A stretch of DNA of 64,000 nucleotides from Anaerolineae bacterium (GTDB lineage Bacteria; Chloroflexota; Anaerolineae; CG2-30-64-16): assembly GCA_034432655.1 (NCBI GenBank), contig DAOUBP010000162.1, positions 18,827 through 82,826 on the forward strand. The letters are read 5' to 3'. Below the pieces are notes generated by a model, which worked only from the letters and a program-made list of their open reading frames with translations, made no database searches and had not been told where the DNA came from. Position numbers and translations under genes: made by a program. Below are positions 18,684 through 27,535 of the stretch, piece by piece (within the stretch, counting starts at the first letter, position 1; each line of letters starts with the position of its first letter).

Positions 18684-20132
18684 TTACGACTCTTCCGTCA
18701 GGAACTTATGGATGTCGGCTGCGGCGCGTTTGCCCGCCCCCATCGCGCTGATCACCGTTGCCGCGCCGGTGACCACATCGCCCCCGGCCCACACGCCCGG
18801 CTTGGCGGTGCGACCGGTCTCCGGGTCAGCCACCACCGTACCGTGGCGCGTCCGTTGCAGGTCCGGCGCCTCGTTGAAGACGACCGGGTTCGGGCTGGTG
18901 CCCAGGGCGAAGATCACGGTATCCATCGGCATCTCGAACTCCGACCCCTCGATCGGAATGGGGGAGCGGCGCCCCGAGGCATCCGGCTCGCCCAACGTCA
19001 TGCGGATGCAGCGCAACGCCCGCACATTGCCCTGTTCATCCCCCAGGATCGCCACCGGGTTGGTGAGGAAGTCGAAGATGATCCCTTCCTCCTCTGCATG
19101 GTGAAATTCTTCTTCGCGTGCCGGGACCTCGGTGCGCGAACGGCGATAGACGATGTGTACCTCATCGTCGGCCTGGCTCCCGTCGCGCGCCGCGCGCGCC
19201 ATCACCTGCAAACGCTTGGCGCTGCGTGCCGCATCCATCGCCACATTGCCGGCGCCGATCACCGCCACCCGATGGCCCACCTTCACCGGTGTGTCGTACT
19301 CCGGAAAGCGATAGCCTTTCATCAAGTTGACGCGGGTGAGGAATTCATTGGCGGACATGACACCGTTGAGGTTGATCCCAGGGATGCGCATGAAGCTGGG
19401 CAACCCTGCGCCGGTACCCAGAAACACGGCGTCGTATTCGCTAAGCAGCTCATCCAGAGTATAGGTATTGCCGATCACGTGATCTGTGCGGATCTCGATG
19501 CCCAGATAATCCACCGCCACCTTTAGCTCGGCCTGAATGATGCTCTTGGGCAGGCGGAACTCAGGGATGCCGTAGACCAGCACGCCACCGGGCAGATGCA
19601 GCGATTCAAAGATCACCACCTTATGGCCCAATTTGGCCAGGTCCACCGCGCAGGTAAGGCCGGCCGGGCCTGAACCTACCACGGCGATCTTGCGCCCTGT
19701 GGGCGGCGCAGGCTTCGGCGGGTTGGTTTGTTCGCGCAATGCGTAATCGCCCACGTACCGCTCCAGGCGGCCGATCGCCACCGGCTGGCCTTTCTTGCCC
19801 AGCACGCAATAGGCTTCGCATTGCGATTCCTGGGGGCAAACCCGACCGCAAATGGCAGGCAGGTTGTTCTTTTCCTTCATCACGTCCACGGCACCCACCA
19901 GGTCGCCCTCGCGGAGTTTGCGGATGAACTGAGGGATGAGCACCCCCACCGGACAGCCTTCGACGCAATGGGGTTTGGCGCACTGCAGACAGCGTTCGGC
20001 CTCCAGTTGCGCCAGCTCCCAGGTCAGGCCCAGCGCGACCTCCTCGAAGTTGCCGATGCGGACCTCTGGGGCCTGCTCCGGCATCTTCTGGCGCGGGATC
20101 TGCATGCGCTCGCGATTGGTCAGTTCAGCCAT
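18684..20132 (-). CDS. nfnB: NfnB (GltD-like large subunit of electron-bifurcating transhydrogenase)
   Basis: EAERCLQC...CVEGCPV, CGRVCPQESQCE, GSGPAG, YGIPEFRLPK, GAGNVAMD, AGGDVVTGAATV; coupled to nfnA. Confidence 0.9.
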   Translation of the reverse strand: MAELTNRERMQIPRQKMPEQAPEVRIGNFEEVALGLTWELAQLEAERCLQCAKPHCVEGCPVGVLIPQFIRKLREGDLVGAVDVMKEKNNLPAICGRVCPQESQCEAYCVLGKKGQPVAIGRLERYVGDYALREQTNPPKPAPPTGRKIAVVGSGPAGLTCAVDLAKLGHKVVIFESLHLPGGVLVYGIPEFRLPKSIIQAELKVAVDYLGIEIRTDHVIGNTYTLDELLSEYDAVFLGTGAGLPSFMRIPGINLNGVMSANEFLTRVNLMKGYRFPEYDTPVKVGHRVAVIGAGNVAMDAARSAKRLQVMARAARDGSQADDEVHIVYRRSRTEVPAREEEFHHAEEEGIIFDFLTNPVAILGDEQGNVRALRCIRMTLGEPDASGRRSPIPIEGSEFEMPMDTVIFALGTSPNPVVFNEAPDLQRTRHGTVVADPETGRTAKPGVWAGGDVVTGAATVISAMGAGKRAAADIHKFLTEES

Positions 20133-21034
20133 CAGCGACCTCCGACCACAGCAGATTCTTCTAGCGCCTGGACCGCGGCGTCAAGCTGGCATTGGTGCCC
20201 GGCGCTCTGCTGGCGCTGCCAACGTTCGACGGCCAACCGCTCCTCGTTGCGGTAGAACTGGATGCGTGCCAGCAGGTTGTTCCAGTCCACCAGATGGCCA
20301 TCGAACTCCGGGCCGTCTACGCAGACGAACTTTGCGCCATCGGTCATCGCTACTCGACAACCGCCACACATTCCTGTCCCGTCCACCATGATGGTGTTCA
20401 GGCTCACGATGGTGGGCACGTGAAACGGCTGTGTGGTCAAAGAGACGAATTTCATCATGATTGTCGGCCCGATGGCCCACACCTTAGCGATCTGGCCCGC
20501 GCGCACCTCCAGGAGCTCCTTCAGCGGCTCGGTGACCAGCGCTTTGCGACCGTGGGAGCCGTCGTCAGTGCACACGATCAGCTCGTCGGAGACCGCGGCC
20601 ATCTTGTCTTCCCAAAAGAGCAACTCTTTCGTGCGCGCTCCGATGATCGAGATCACGTGATTCCCGGCCGCCTTCAGGTCGCGGGCGATCGGGTACATGG
20701 GCGCAATCCCCACCCCGCCGGCCACGCACACCACCGTGCCGTAGTCCTTGATCTCGGTGGGATGGCCCAGGGGCCCGGCCACCGAGTAGAACGCATCACC
20801 CGGGACCATCCGCCCCATCTGCATGGTGGACTTACCCACTTCCTGGAAGATCAGGGTGATGGTGCCGGTCTGCGGGTTGTGGTCAGCAATGGTGAGGGGG
20901 ATGCGCTCGCCGTGTTCGTCGGCGATCACGATGACAAACTGCCCAGCTCTGGCCTTACGCGCCACGTGCGGCGCTTCGACCACCATCAGCTTCGTCACGT
21001 CGCTGAGCGTTTGTTTCTCGAGAATCTTATACAT
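20132..21034 (-). CDS. nfnA: NfnA (PyrK-like FAD/2Fe-2S small subunit)
   Basis: AGQFVIV, ERIPLTI, GPLGHP, GGVGIAP, MVDGTGMCGGCRV, FVCVDGPEFDG. Confidence 0.9.
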   Translation of the reverse strand: MYKILEKQTLSDVTKLMVVEAPHVARKARAGQFVIVIADEHGERIPLTIADHNPQTGTITLIFQEVGKSTMQMGRMVPGDAFYSVAGPLGHPTEIKDYGTVVCVAGGVGIAPMYPIARDLKAAGNHVISIIGARTKELLFWEDKMAAVSDELIVCTDDGSHGRKALVTEPLKELLEVRAGQIAKVWAIGPTIMMKFVSLTTQPFHVPTIVSLNTIMVDGTGMCGGCRVAMTDGAKFVCVDGPEFDGHLVDWNNLLARIQFYRNEERLAVERWQRQQSAGHQCQLDAAVQALEESAVVGGR

Positions 21035-21086
21035 GGGTGATTGCTCCTCGTTCGAGTTGCCGGCCCGACAACGAGACCGACCATTG

Positions 21087-21113
21087 TCCAGCACCCAGCT
21101 TCCAGCTTCCAAC
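21087..21113. repeat. Short heptamer array (TCCAGCT)n
   Basis: TCCAGCA CCCAGCT TCCAGCT TCCAACT; same class as the 12284-12330 array. Confidence 0.55.
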
Positions 21114-22481
21114 TCACCACGCCGTCTTGAGATAACGCGGCAGGTCCACGGCCTCGCGCGGCCCTACCTTGATCTGCCAGCCGGGCAACTCCTCCTCAAG
21201 CTCACCCATCAACACCGCCACGTGCCCCGGGATCACCACCTTGCGATGGTTGACCTTTTCGGCGATGCCGGTGTTCTTCACCGTCTTGGCGATCTTCTCT
21301 GCGTCGAACTTGCCGGCTGCCCAGGCCGTGAGCACGCTCATACCTTCGGCATCGGCCACCAGGAGCCAGCCGGGCAGGCCGGACGACTCCACCTCGTTGG
21401 CTACTGCAAAGTAGGTGATGGAGAAGTTGGTGGTGACCATCACCGGTGCGTCAGGGCCGGGCTTGTTAATCTCGTAGATACCGGGGTCTACCTGGATCGG
21501 CTTCTGCGGGTCCGTAAAGATGTTCTTGCGCAGCACCAGCAGCGGATAGATGGTCGCCGGGTCGAATCGGCTCAACACGACGAAGCCGGCATATTTGGCG
21601 ATATGCTCGCCTGCCAGCAACGCCTCCATGGCCGGATCGGAGGTGCCCAGGTAAGGGAAGGTGATGATGGGATAGCCCACCGGCCGGAAGGTCTTCTTGC
21701 GCGCCAGGCGGCTGAGCTGGGTGAGCATGTTCAACGAGCCGCCAAAGCTGCGCACGGCCGGATCCAGCACCAGGTCTTCCACGCCGGCAGCCACCAGCTT
21801 CTCGGTCAATTCGGCCAGCTCGGCCACGGTGGCGCCTCGGACGGCCAACGGTGCCTTGGCCTCCTTAGCCAGTTTGGCCATCGCTTCCCAGTTGCCGGCC
21901 GTGGCTGCACAAAGCAGCGGTGTGACCCCGGCGGTCTTCGCCAGGCCGGCGGCCATGACGGCCGGGTCGTCGGCCACTAACACCAGCGGCACTGTGGCAG
22001 CCTCGCGCACAGCGGCGACCGCGGCAGCGAACTGCTCCGCATTGCCGGAGGCTGCTTCCACAGCCAAGCCGTCTAAGACCAATGAAACGCCGACATAGGT
22101 CACCGCGTAGTCAGCCACAGACCTGGCAAGAGCTTTGATCTCAGCCGGCGGCAAAGTGTCTGGCACGCGCACCAAGAGCGCCGTGGGATTGTAGAAGGTC
22201 TTTTCATGCCGGAAGAGCACGATCTCGTTACCGACCTTAACCTGCCGGCCATCGGCCGAGAGGGTGATCAGGCGCACCGGCGGCGCCGCCGCTGCCGAAA
22301 GCTTTGCCCGCGCTTCATCGCTGACATAAGGGCATGCGGCGAGTTCTGCCTGTTTGGCGGCCAGCTTCATCGCAAAGGCCAGACAGGTAGGAAAGCCACA
22401 CTCCTTGCAGTTCGCCTTGGGATGTGGTGGCTTCAACCCGCCGGGGAGCAGTTTATAGATGTCGAGACCAGAAAGAGCCAT
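21114..22481 (-). CDS. acsC: Corrinoid Fe-S protein large (gamma) subunit
   Basis: NCKECGFPTCLAFA...CPY, FRHEKTFYNP, IFTDPQKP, TTNFSITY, SVLTAWAAGKF. Confidence 0.96.
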   Translation of the reverse strand: MALSGLDIYKLLPGGLKPPHPKANCKECGFPTCLAFAMKLAAKQAELAACPYVSDEARAKLSAAAAPPVRLITLSADGRQVKVGNEIVLFRHEKTFYNPTALLVRVPDTLPPAEIKALARSVADYAVTYVGVSLVLDGLAVEAASGNAEQFAAAVAAVREAATVPLVLVADDPAVMAAGLAKTAGVTPLLCAATAGNWEAMAKLAKEAKAPLAVRGATVAELAELTEKLVAAGVEDLVLDPAVRSFGGSLNMLTQLSRLARKKTFRPVGYPIITFPYLGTSDPAMEALLAGEHIAKYAGFVVLSRFDPATIYPLLVLRKNIFTDPQKPIQVDPGIYEINKPGPDAPVMVTTNFSITYFAVANEVESSGLPGWLLVADAEGMSVLTAWAAGKFDAEKIAKTVKNTGIAEKVNHRKVVIPGHVAVLMGELEEELPGWQIKVGPREAVDLPRYLKTAW

Positions 22482-22503
22482 GATGTCCTCCCAAACGCTA
22501 TGT

Positions 22504-23475
22504 TTATCCCGCCATGAGCTCGGCGATCATCTTTTTCACCCGAGCCACAGCCTGCGGGTGGCGCATCACCACGATGTCAGCGCCGGACTGGATCAGGGCC
22601 GCGGCGGTCAGGGCCTCCCAGTTGATCGCGCGTTCAACCCAATCGCCCCAAGCAGCCGGAACGCCATCGCCTGCGCGGGCTTCCTTAGTGCGCCACGCCT
22701 CTTCACCGGGGGTGACGATCATCGGTTGCTGGGTCATGCCGTCGCCCTGCAAAGCTGCCAGCCGCAGACGTTCCATGACGCTGTAGCCGTACTCGATACC
22801 GTAGCCCAACGCGCCGGTGGTCGGGTCGGTGATGATGCGATCCAGGGGCATCCCCATATCGTGGATCAAAATCGTGAGCTGTTTGGACAGGTTGACATCC
22901 ATGGGCGTCTTGGCCGTGACCAGATGGCCGTTGGCCAGTGCGGCCGCCACAATGGTGCGGTAGTTCTTGTCCTCGCACGCGCCGAGGGCCAGCCGTTCGC
23001 CAGCGCCCTCTTCTGCACAGGCCACCAGGATTTCGTTGTCCAACTCAGCCTGGCCGGGGCCCAGTACGATCAAGGGCAGGCCGGTTGCGCCCAAGACGGC
23101 GCGCAAAACCTGACGCGCTACAGCGCCGGTCATCCGATTGCCGGCCGCGTCCACCGTTGCAAAACGCAACGCGATCAGGTCGGCGCCGGCGTCCTCGGCT
23201 GCGCGGGCCCAGGCCGCCGGATCATCCAACACGGCGCCCCAGGCCGATGTCAAGGGAGCCGGCCACTCCTCGTTTGGGTTGCGATTCCACACCTCAACCG
23301 CCACCCGCGGCGGATTGCCGGTCGAACCCTCGAACGATAAAAACGGCAGGGTGGTATGCCCCCCCACTTGCACGACCGCGCGCCGTGTGCCGCCGTCGGC
23401 CGCGGTCGCGCCTAAAGTGACCAGGCGGATACTGCCTGCCCACTTCTCGACAGGAACTTCAACAGTTACAGGCAT
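22504..23475 (-). CDS. acsD: Corrinoid Fe-S protein small (delta) subunit
   Basis: VGGHTTLPF, CEDKNY, TPMDVNLSKQL, DPTTGALGYGIEYGYSVMERLR, SGADIVVMRHP. Confidence 0.95.
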   Translation of the reverse strand: MPVTVEVPVEKWAGSIRLVTLGATAADGGTRRAVVQVGGHTTLPFLSFEGSTGNPPRVAVEVWNRNPNEEWPAPLTSAWGAVLDDPAAWARAAEDAGADLIALRFATVDAAGNRMTGAVARQVLRAVLGATGLPLIVLGPGQAELDNEILVACAEEGAGERLALGACEDKNYRTIVAAALANGHLVTAKTPMDVNLSKQLTILIHDMGMPLDRIITDPTTGALGYGIEYGYSVMERLRLAALQGDGMTQQPMIVTPGEEAWRTKEARAGDGVPAAWGDWVERAINWEALTAAALIQSGADIVVMRHPQAVARVKKMIAELMAG

Positions 23476-23496
23476 GACGGTGAACCTCCTTTGCGT

Positions 23497-23640
23497 TGCG
23501 TATTACGTACTGCGTACTGCGTATTGCGTGCTGCGTATTTCGTATTGGAAACTACGCCTTTATTGTCTGCTGGATTTCCCTGCTCCTGCTTTCTAGCTCC
23601 CCACTTTCCCAGCTTGTTTTCTGGTTTGCCTCGCTTCCTT
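23497..23640. repeat. Heptamer array (TGCGTAY)n followed by a degenerate pyrimidine-rich 7-periodic tract
   Basis: TGCGTAT TACGTAC TGCGTAC TGCGTAT TGCGTGC TGCGTAT TTCGTAT (23497-23547), then a CT-rich tract 23575-23640. Confidence 0.75.
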
Positions 23641-23643
23641 GTC

Positions 23644-24459
23644 TCACCAATAGCGCTCCACATGAATCTGTCCCGCTTCTCGTTTGGTGTTTTCCTTGAA
23701 GCCTTCCTGCTGGAGCATGGCCACCGCACTGTCAATCATCGCTGGACTGCCGCACAGGAAGATGTGCGTGTTTTCGGGCGTGGGCTTGAACCCCCATGCC
23801 TGTTCGATAACCCCGCGCTGCCACAAGTCCTGCACATAGCCTGTGTGGCCTGTCCAGGGAGTCGGCTCGCCTTGTGGCCGACTGATGACCGGGACATAAG
23901 CGAAGTTGCGACATAAATGCTGCAGTGTCATCAACTCAGAACGATACCCCAGATCCCACGAATGGCGTGCGCCGTGCAATACTGCGAAGCGGCGAGCACC
24001 ACCGCACACCAAGTGAGTGGTCAGCATGCTCATGTACGGCGCCAGGCCGGTGCCGGTGGCGATCATTACCACATTTTGATCTTCGGGCACCTGGTCGAAG
24101 GTGAACATGCCGGTAATCTTCGGGGAAAGCCAAAGCCGGTCGCCGATATTCAACGCAAACAGCCGCGGGGTCAACGCACCGGTGGTCACCAGCGCGATAT
24201 AAAACTCCAGATATTCTTTGAGGAGCGAAGACGAAGCGATGGAATAGGCCCGCCGGATGAGCTTGTGCGGGTCAGGCGGAGTTTCATCCGGCTCGGCCAG
24301 GGCGCAGCGCGGGGCGGAACCCGGCAGGCCCAGGACGGCGAACTGGCCGGGGATGAAATCGGGAAGCTGCCAGCCATCAGGTGCTACGCGCAGGATGATC
24401 AACCAAGGGGATATCTCGGTACGTAGAGTAACAACAGCGTTCAAAACAGGTTCAGGCAC
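23644..24459 (-). CDS. fpr: Ferredoxin/flavodoxin-NADP+ reductase (Fpr-type FNR)
   Basis: FIPGQFAVLGL, RRAYSIAS, GALTPRL, IATGTGLAPY, HGARHSWDLGY, FLCGSPAMI, ends ERYW. Confidence 0.88.
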   Translation of the reverse strand: MPEPVLNAVVTLRTEISPWLIILRVAPDGWQLPDFIPGQFAVLGLPGSAPRCALAEPDETPPDPHKLIRRAYSIASSSLLKEYLEFYIALVTTGALTPRLFALNIGDRLWLSPKITGMFTFDQVPEDQNVVMIATGTGLAPYMSMLTTHLVCGGARRFAVLHGARHSWDLGYRSELMTLQHLCRNFAYVPVISRPQGEPTPWTGHTGYVQDLWQRGVIEQAWGFKPTPENTHIFLCGSPAMIDSAVAMLQQEGFKENTKREAGQIHVERYW

Positions 24460-24513
24460 GGGGCTGCTCCTTCAACCAATCTGACTGTGATGTAGCGACT
24501 GAAAGCCAGCCCA

Positions 24514-24544
24514 ATTATACCTCATTGTGATCCAAATCCCACAA
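24514..24544 (-). promoter_or_regulatory. Candidate internal promoter (-10 TATAAT) with adjacent palindrome TTGTG-N10-CACAA
   Basis: Minus-strand TATAAT at 24514-24519; TTGTGATCCAAATCCCACAA at 24525-24544. Confidence 0.45.
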
Positions 24545-24546
24545 GG

Positions 24547-25044
24547 TCACCGTTTTCCCGCCAGACCGTAGCGCTGACGAAACAGATCCATCGGCGTCGG
24601 CCGCGCAGCGTGCATCCCTTGATGCCGGATGTATTCGGGCCCTGCCAGCGCCCTGACCACATCGCGCAGGCTGAGCATGGACGCCGGCCAGGAGCGGCCA
24701 CCGGCATGATGCATGAAAAAGATGTGATCAACGTTCATGTCGGCCATCAGTTGCACGATTGCCGTCAGCGGCAAGTCGGCCGCGGCCTCGGGCACGTGCT
24801 CCGCCATGACGTCAGCGGCAGCAAGGGGGGAAGCACCGGCGGGCAGCGTCGCCAGGCGGACGTAGCCCTGGGCCAGCATCTGCTCGTTGACCCAACCGCG
24901 CGCATCCCCATCATCGTCCAGCACCACCACCGCTGTCCAACCATGCTCCACCATCTGTGCTGCCAGCCGGTCAAGCGGTTCTGTCGGCTTGCAAGTGGGC
25001 ACGCCGATGCGCATCACGTCACGAACAAGGAGAGGGGAAGACAT
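24547..25044 (-). CDS. CBS domain pair protein
   Basis: VRDVMRIGVPTC, VVVLDDDG, ADVMAEHVP, MLSLRDVVRAL. Confidence 0.82.
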   Translation of the reverse strand: MSSPLLVRDVMRIGVPTCKPTEPLDRLAAQMVEHGWTAVVVLDDDGDARGWVNEQMLAQGYVRLATLPAGASPLAAADVMAEHVPEAAADLPLTAIVQLMADMNVDHIFFMHHAGGRSWPASMLSLRDVVRALAGPEYIRHQGMHAARPTPMDLFRQRYGLAGKR

Positions 25045-25061
25045 GGGCAACATATCATTGC

Positions 25062-25144
25062 GACAAACGACGAAAGACGAAAGACGAAAGACGAAAGACG
25101 AAAGACCAAACCGTCCTTCGTCCTTCGTCGTTCGTCCTTTGTCA
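25062..25144. repeat. Head-to-head heptamer arrays (GACGAAA)n-(TTCGTCC)n with no enclosed gene
   Basis: GACGAAA x5 plus variants, then TTCGTCC TTCGTCG TTCGTCC TTTGTCA. Confidence 0.9.
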
Positions 25145-25148
25145 TTGA

Positions 25149-27428
25149 TTAGAAAATCGGATCCATCATCAACGCCGGATGGCCGACCGCTTCCAGATGG
25201 GCCAACAGCCCGTCCACATCGGTGCAGATCGTCTCATCGGCGATCTTGCTGATCAGGTCGGGATCGCCTTCCCGCTCGGCCACCTTCTGGAGTTCCTCGG
25301 CCATGGTCTGCTTCAGGATGCTGGACATCCAGACGACGCGCTTGAAGCCGCCGTCGGCCGAGATGAACTTGGGGCTGGTCAGGTAATACTTGCCCACGCC
25401 CATCACGCCCGGGGTCTGCAGGCCGCCGCCGGCCATGCCGGCCAGGGTCGAGAACGTCATGCCGGCCGGGGTCATGCTGGGATCTTCGCGGCTCACCACC
25501 ATCACGCCGTTGGCTTCAGGGATCAGCATCACGATGCACTCGAAGCAACCGCAGGCCGTCATCGGGCTGGTCATGATGGAGTACATGGCCACCTCTTGCA
25601 CGGTGCCGTTCGACTTCTGTTGGGCGATCTCGTTGAGGCCGGCGTAGATGCCTTTCTCGCGGTCAATCACCATCCCTTTGCGCACCGGCTGGTTCGGCCC
25701 GGTCGGATTAATCTGGTAGGACGCGGCGCAGTCCAGGTAGTTGTATGCGCCACACAGGCCCAGCCGCTGTGGGCTGACCAGACACACATGGGTCGGCGCG
25801 AAGGACTGGCACAGCGTGCAGGTGTAGAACTCCTCCACCGCTTCATCGGTCAGGTCGGCCAGGCGGCGATTACGGTAGTCGTAGGCCTCACGCGCCTTCT
25901 GCAGCCACTCGGCATGCAGCGCCGGGTCGGTGATGAGCTTGACCTGTACCTTGTCCACAATTGCGCCGAAATCCGCCATGAAGCGAGCGTGCAGAATATC
26001 GCCGAAGTGTTTGAGGGTAAAGCCCTTGTCGGCCGCCGCCTTGCTGATCCGGATCCAGGTGATGTCGCGCTGACCGATGTGCTGGATGCCGCTGGCCCCG
26101 TTGATGAAGTAGTGGATTTGGCGTTCCAGCACCGGCTCGAAGTCCTTCTGCATCTTCCGGCCGGCCACTTCCACCAGGATGCCCAGGTCCATGGCGCCGC
26201 CCACCGGCACATCTTCGAAACCGGGGCCGATCACCTCGATCTTGCCGTCCTCCACCTGATCCATGTCCACCATGCGCAGGTACTCGAACGCGCGGCTGTA
26301 CTTACCGCCGAACTCGACGCGCATGTCGGCCTTGCGCACTACTTCGCCCTCAAACGCGGAACCGTAAGGCACCGGGATCGGTACTTCGGTCAGCTTGATC
26401 TTGACCCCGCGGGTCTCGATGCACTTCTGGACCAGCTTCTCGGCCCGCTCCAGATCGTCCTTGCCTTCGATCTCGTTGAATGGCATGGAGATGACATGCT
26501 CATAGGTGGTGACGCCGGTAGGCAAGATCTGCGGGATGCGGGTATCAGCGATGACCGGGAAGCCGTAGTTGATGGCGCCGGCCGCGGCCGCATACTTCAG
26601 ATCATCCACTTCGCCCAGCGCCAACACAAACGCGAACACGCGCGCCCGGTTGTACAAGAGGATTTCCTTGGCCTGGCCGCCTTTCAGGCCGCCGAAAGTC
26701 AGCGCAGAACGGGTGGCGAAGCCGATGGGGTAAATGGCCGAGAGGGTGTCCAGGCCGAACGGCACGATGTACGTGTCATAGCCCATCTCCACGCCCTCTT
26801 CCATCAGCTGATGGATCACCGAGCGGCCGTTCACGTTGCCGCACAGGAAGATCAGGATGTTACGCCGCTGCAGCTCGCGCACAATCTTGACCGCCACCTC
26901 GTTGCTCTTGGCGCAGCCGACGATGGCTGCGAAGCCCGGCATGCGGCCATCTACCAGCTGGATGCCCCAAGCGCGCAGCTGGACGTCATCAATCGGGCCG
27001 TTCAACCGGCCATTGCCGTCCCCTGCTTCGCCATCAGGGCTGGTGAAGCTGCCGCCCGTCATGCGCAAACCGGGCAGCCGGCCCGGTTCCTCGCCATACA
27101 CAAAGCGGATCGCCTCGATGGTCTCGGCGGCCAGCAACGTCGCAATGCCACAGTCCAACGTCTCGCCCAGATAGGGGGTCCAGCATTGGGTGGTGGGCAC
27201 GGGATGCAGCAAGTCCCTGGCGTGCTCCAAGACGGGCTTCAGTTGACCCAGCTTGCTGACTTCGCGGCCGGTCAGGCCCAGAATGGTCGGCAGGTAATAG
27301 GCAGTGTTCGGAAAAGCGACCGGGGTTTCGGGACCTTTTTCACGGAGCGCCTTTTCCAACAGCGCCTCAGCCTCGGCCACAATCAAGTTTGCGCCGCGGA
27401 TGGCACGGGTAGCGATGTAACGTGACAT
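25149..27428 (-). CDS. acsB: Acetyl-CoA synthase (bacterial-type, A-cluster)
   Basis: FPNTAYYLP, ERQIHYFIN, YTCTLCQSFAPTHVC, GLCGA, MTACGCFEC. Confidence 0.97.
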   Translation of the reverse strand: MSRYIATRAIRGANLIVAEAEALLEKALREKGPETPVAFPNTAYYLPTILGLTGREVSKLGQLKPVLEHARDLLHPVPTTQCWTPYLGETLDCGIATLLAAETIEAIRFVYGEEPGRLPGLRMTGGSFTSPDGEAGDGNGRLNGPIDDVQLRAWGIQLVDGRMPGFAAIVGCAKSNEVAVKIVRELQRRNILIFLCGNVNGRSVIHQLMEEGVEMGYDTYIVPFGLDTLSAIYPIGFATRSALTFGGLKGGQAKEILLYNRARVFAFVLALGEVDDLKYAAAAGAINYGFPVIADTRIPQILPTGVTTYEHVISMPFNEIEGKDDLERAEKLVQKCIETRGVKIKLTEVPIPVPYGSAFEGEVVRKADMRVEFGGKYSRAFEYLRMVDMDQVEDGKIEVIGPGFEDVPVGGAMDLGILVEVAGRKMQKDFEPVLERQIHYFINGASGIQHIGQRDITWIRISKAAADKGFTLKHFGDILHARFMADFGAIVDKVQVKLITDPALHAEWLQKAREAYDYRNRRLADLTDEAVEEFYTCTLCQSFAPTHVCLVSPQRLGLCGAYNYLDCAASYQINPTGPNQPVRKGMVIDREKGIYAGLNEIAQQKSNGTVQEVAMYSIMTSPMTACGCFECIVMLIPEANGVMVVSREDPSMTPAGMTFSTLAGMAGGGLQTPGVMGVGKYYLTSPKFISADGGFKRVVWMSSILKQTMAEELQKVAEREGDPDLISKIADETICTDVDGLLAHLEAVGHPALMMDPIF

Positions 27429-27464
27429 GTAAAATGCCTCCCTTGCTTGCTACAACATCTAGCT

Positions 27465-27535
27465 TACTGCGTATTGCGTGCTGCGTACTCTCCTGAAACC
27501 TGACGACGATCGCGCAACACGCAATACGCAGTACG
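27465..27535. repeat. Head-to-head heptamer array (TGCGTAY)n ... (RTACGCA)n
   Basis: TACTGCG TATTGCG TGCTGCG then CGCGCAA CACGCAA TACGCAG. Confidence 0.75.

Noticed and set aside
18684-20132. Glutamate synthase small subunit (gltD)
   Set aside because: No gltB; it is translationally coupled to a PyrK-like gene, the NfnAB arrangement
25179-27425. 748-aa plus-strand ORF, and similar long ORFs at 13230-15194, 27668-29248, 17548-19104 and 37065-38573
   Set aside because: Antisense shadows of well-supported genes in high-GC DNA; no family motifs
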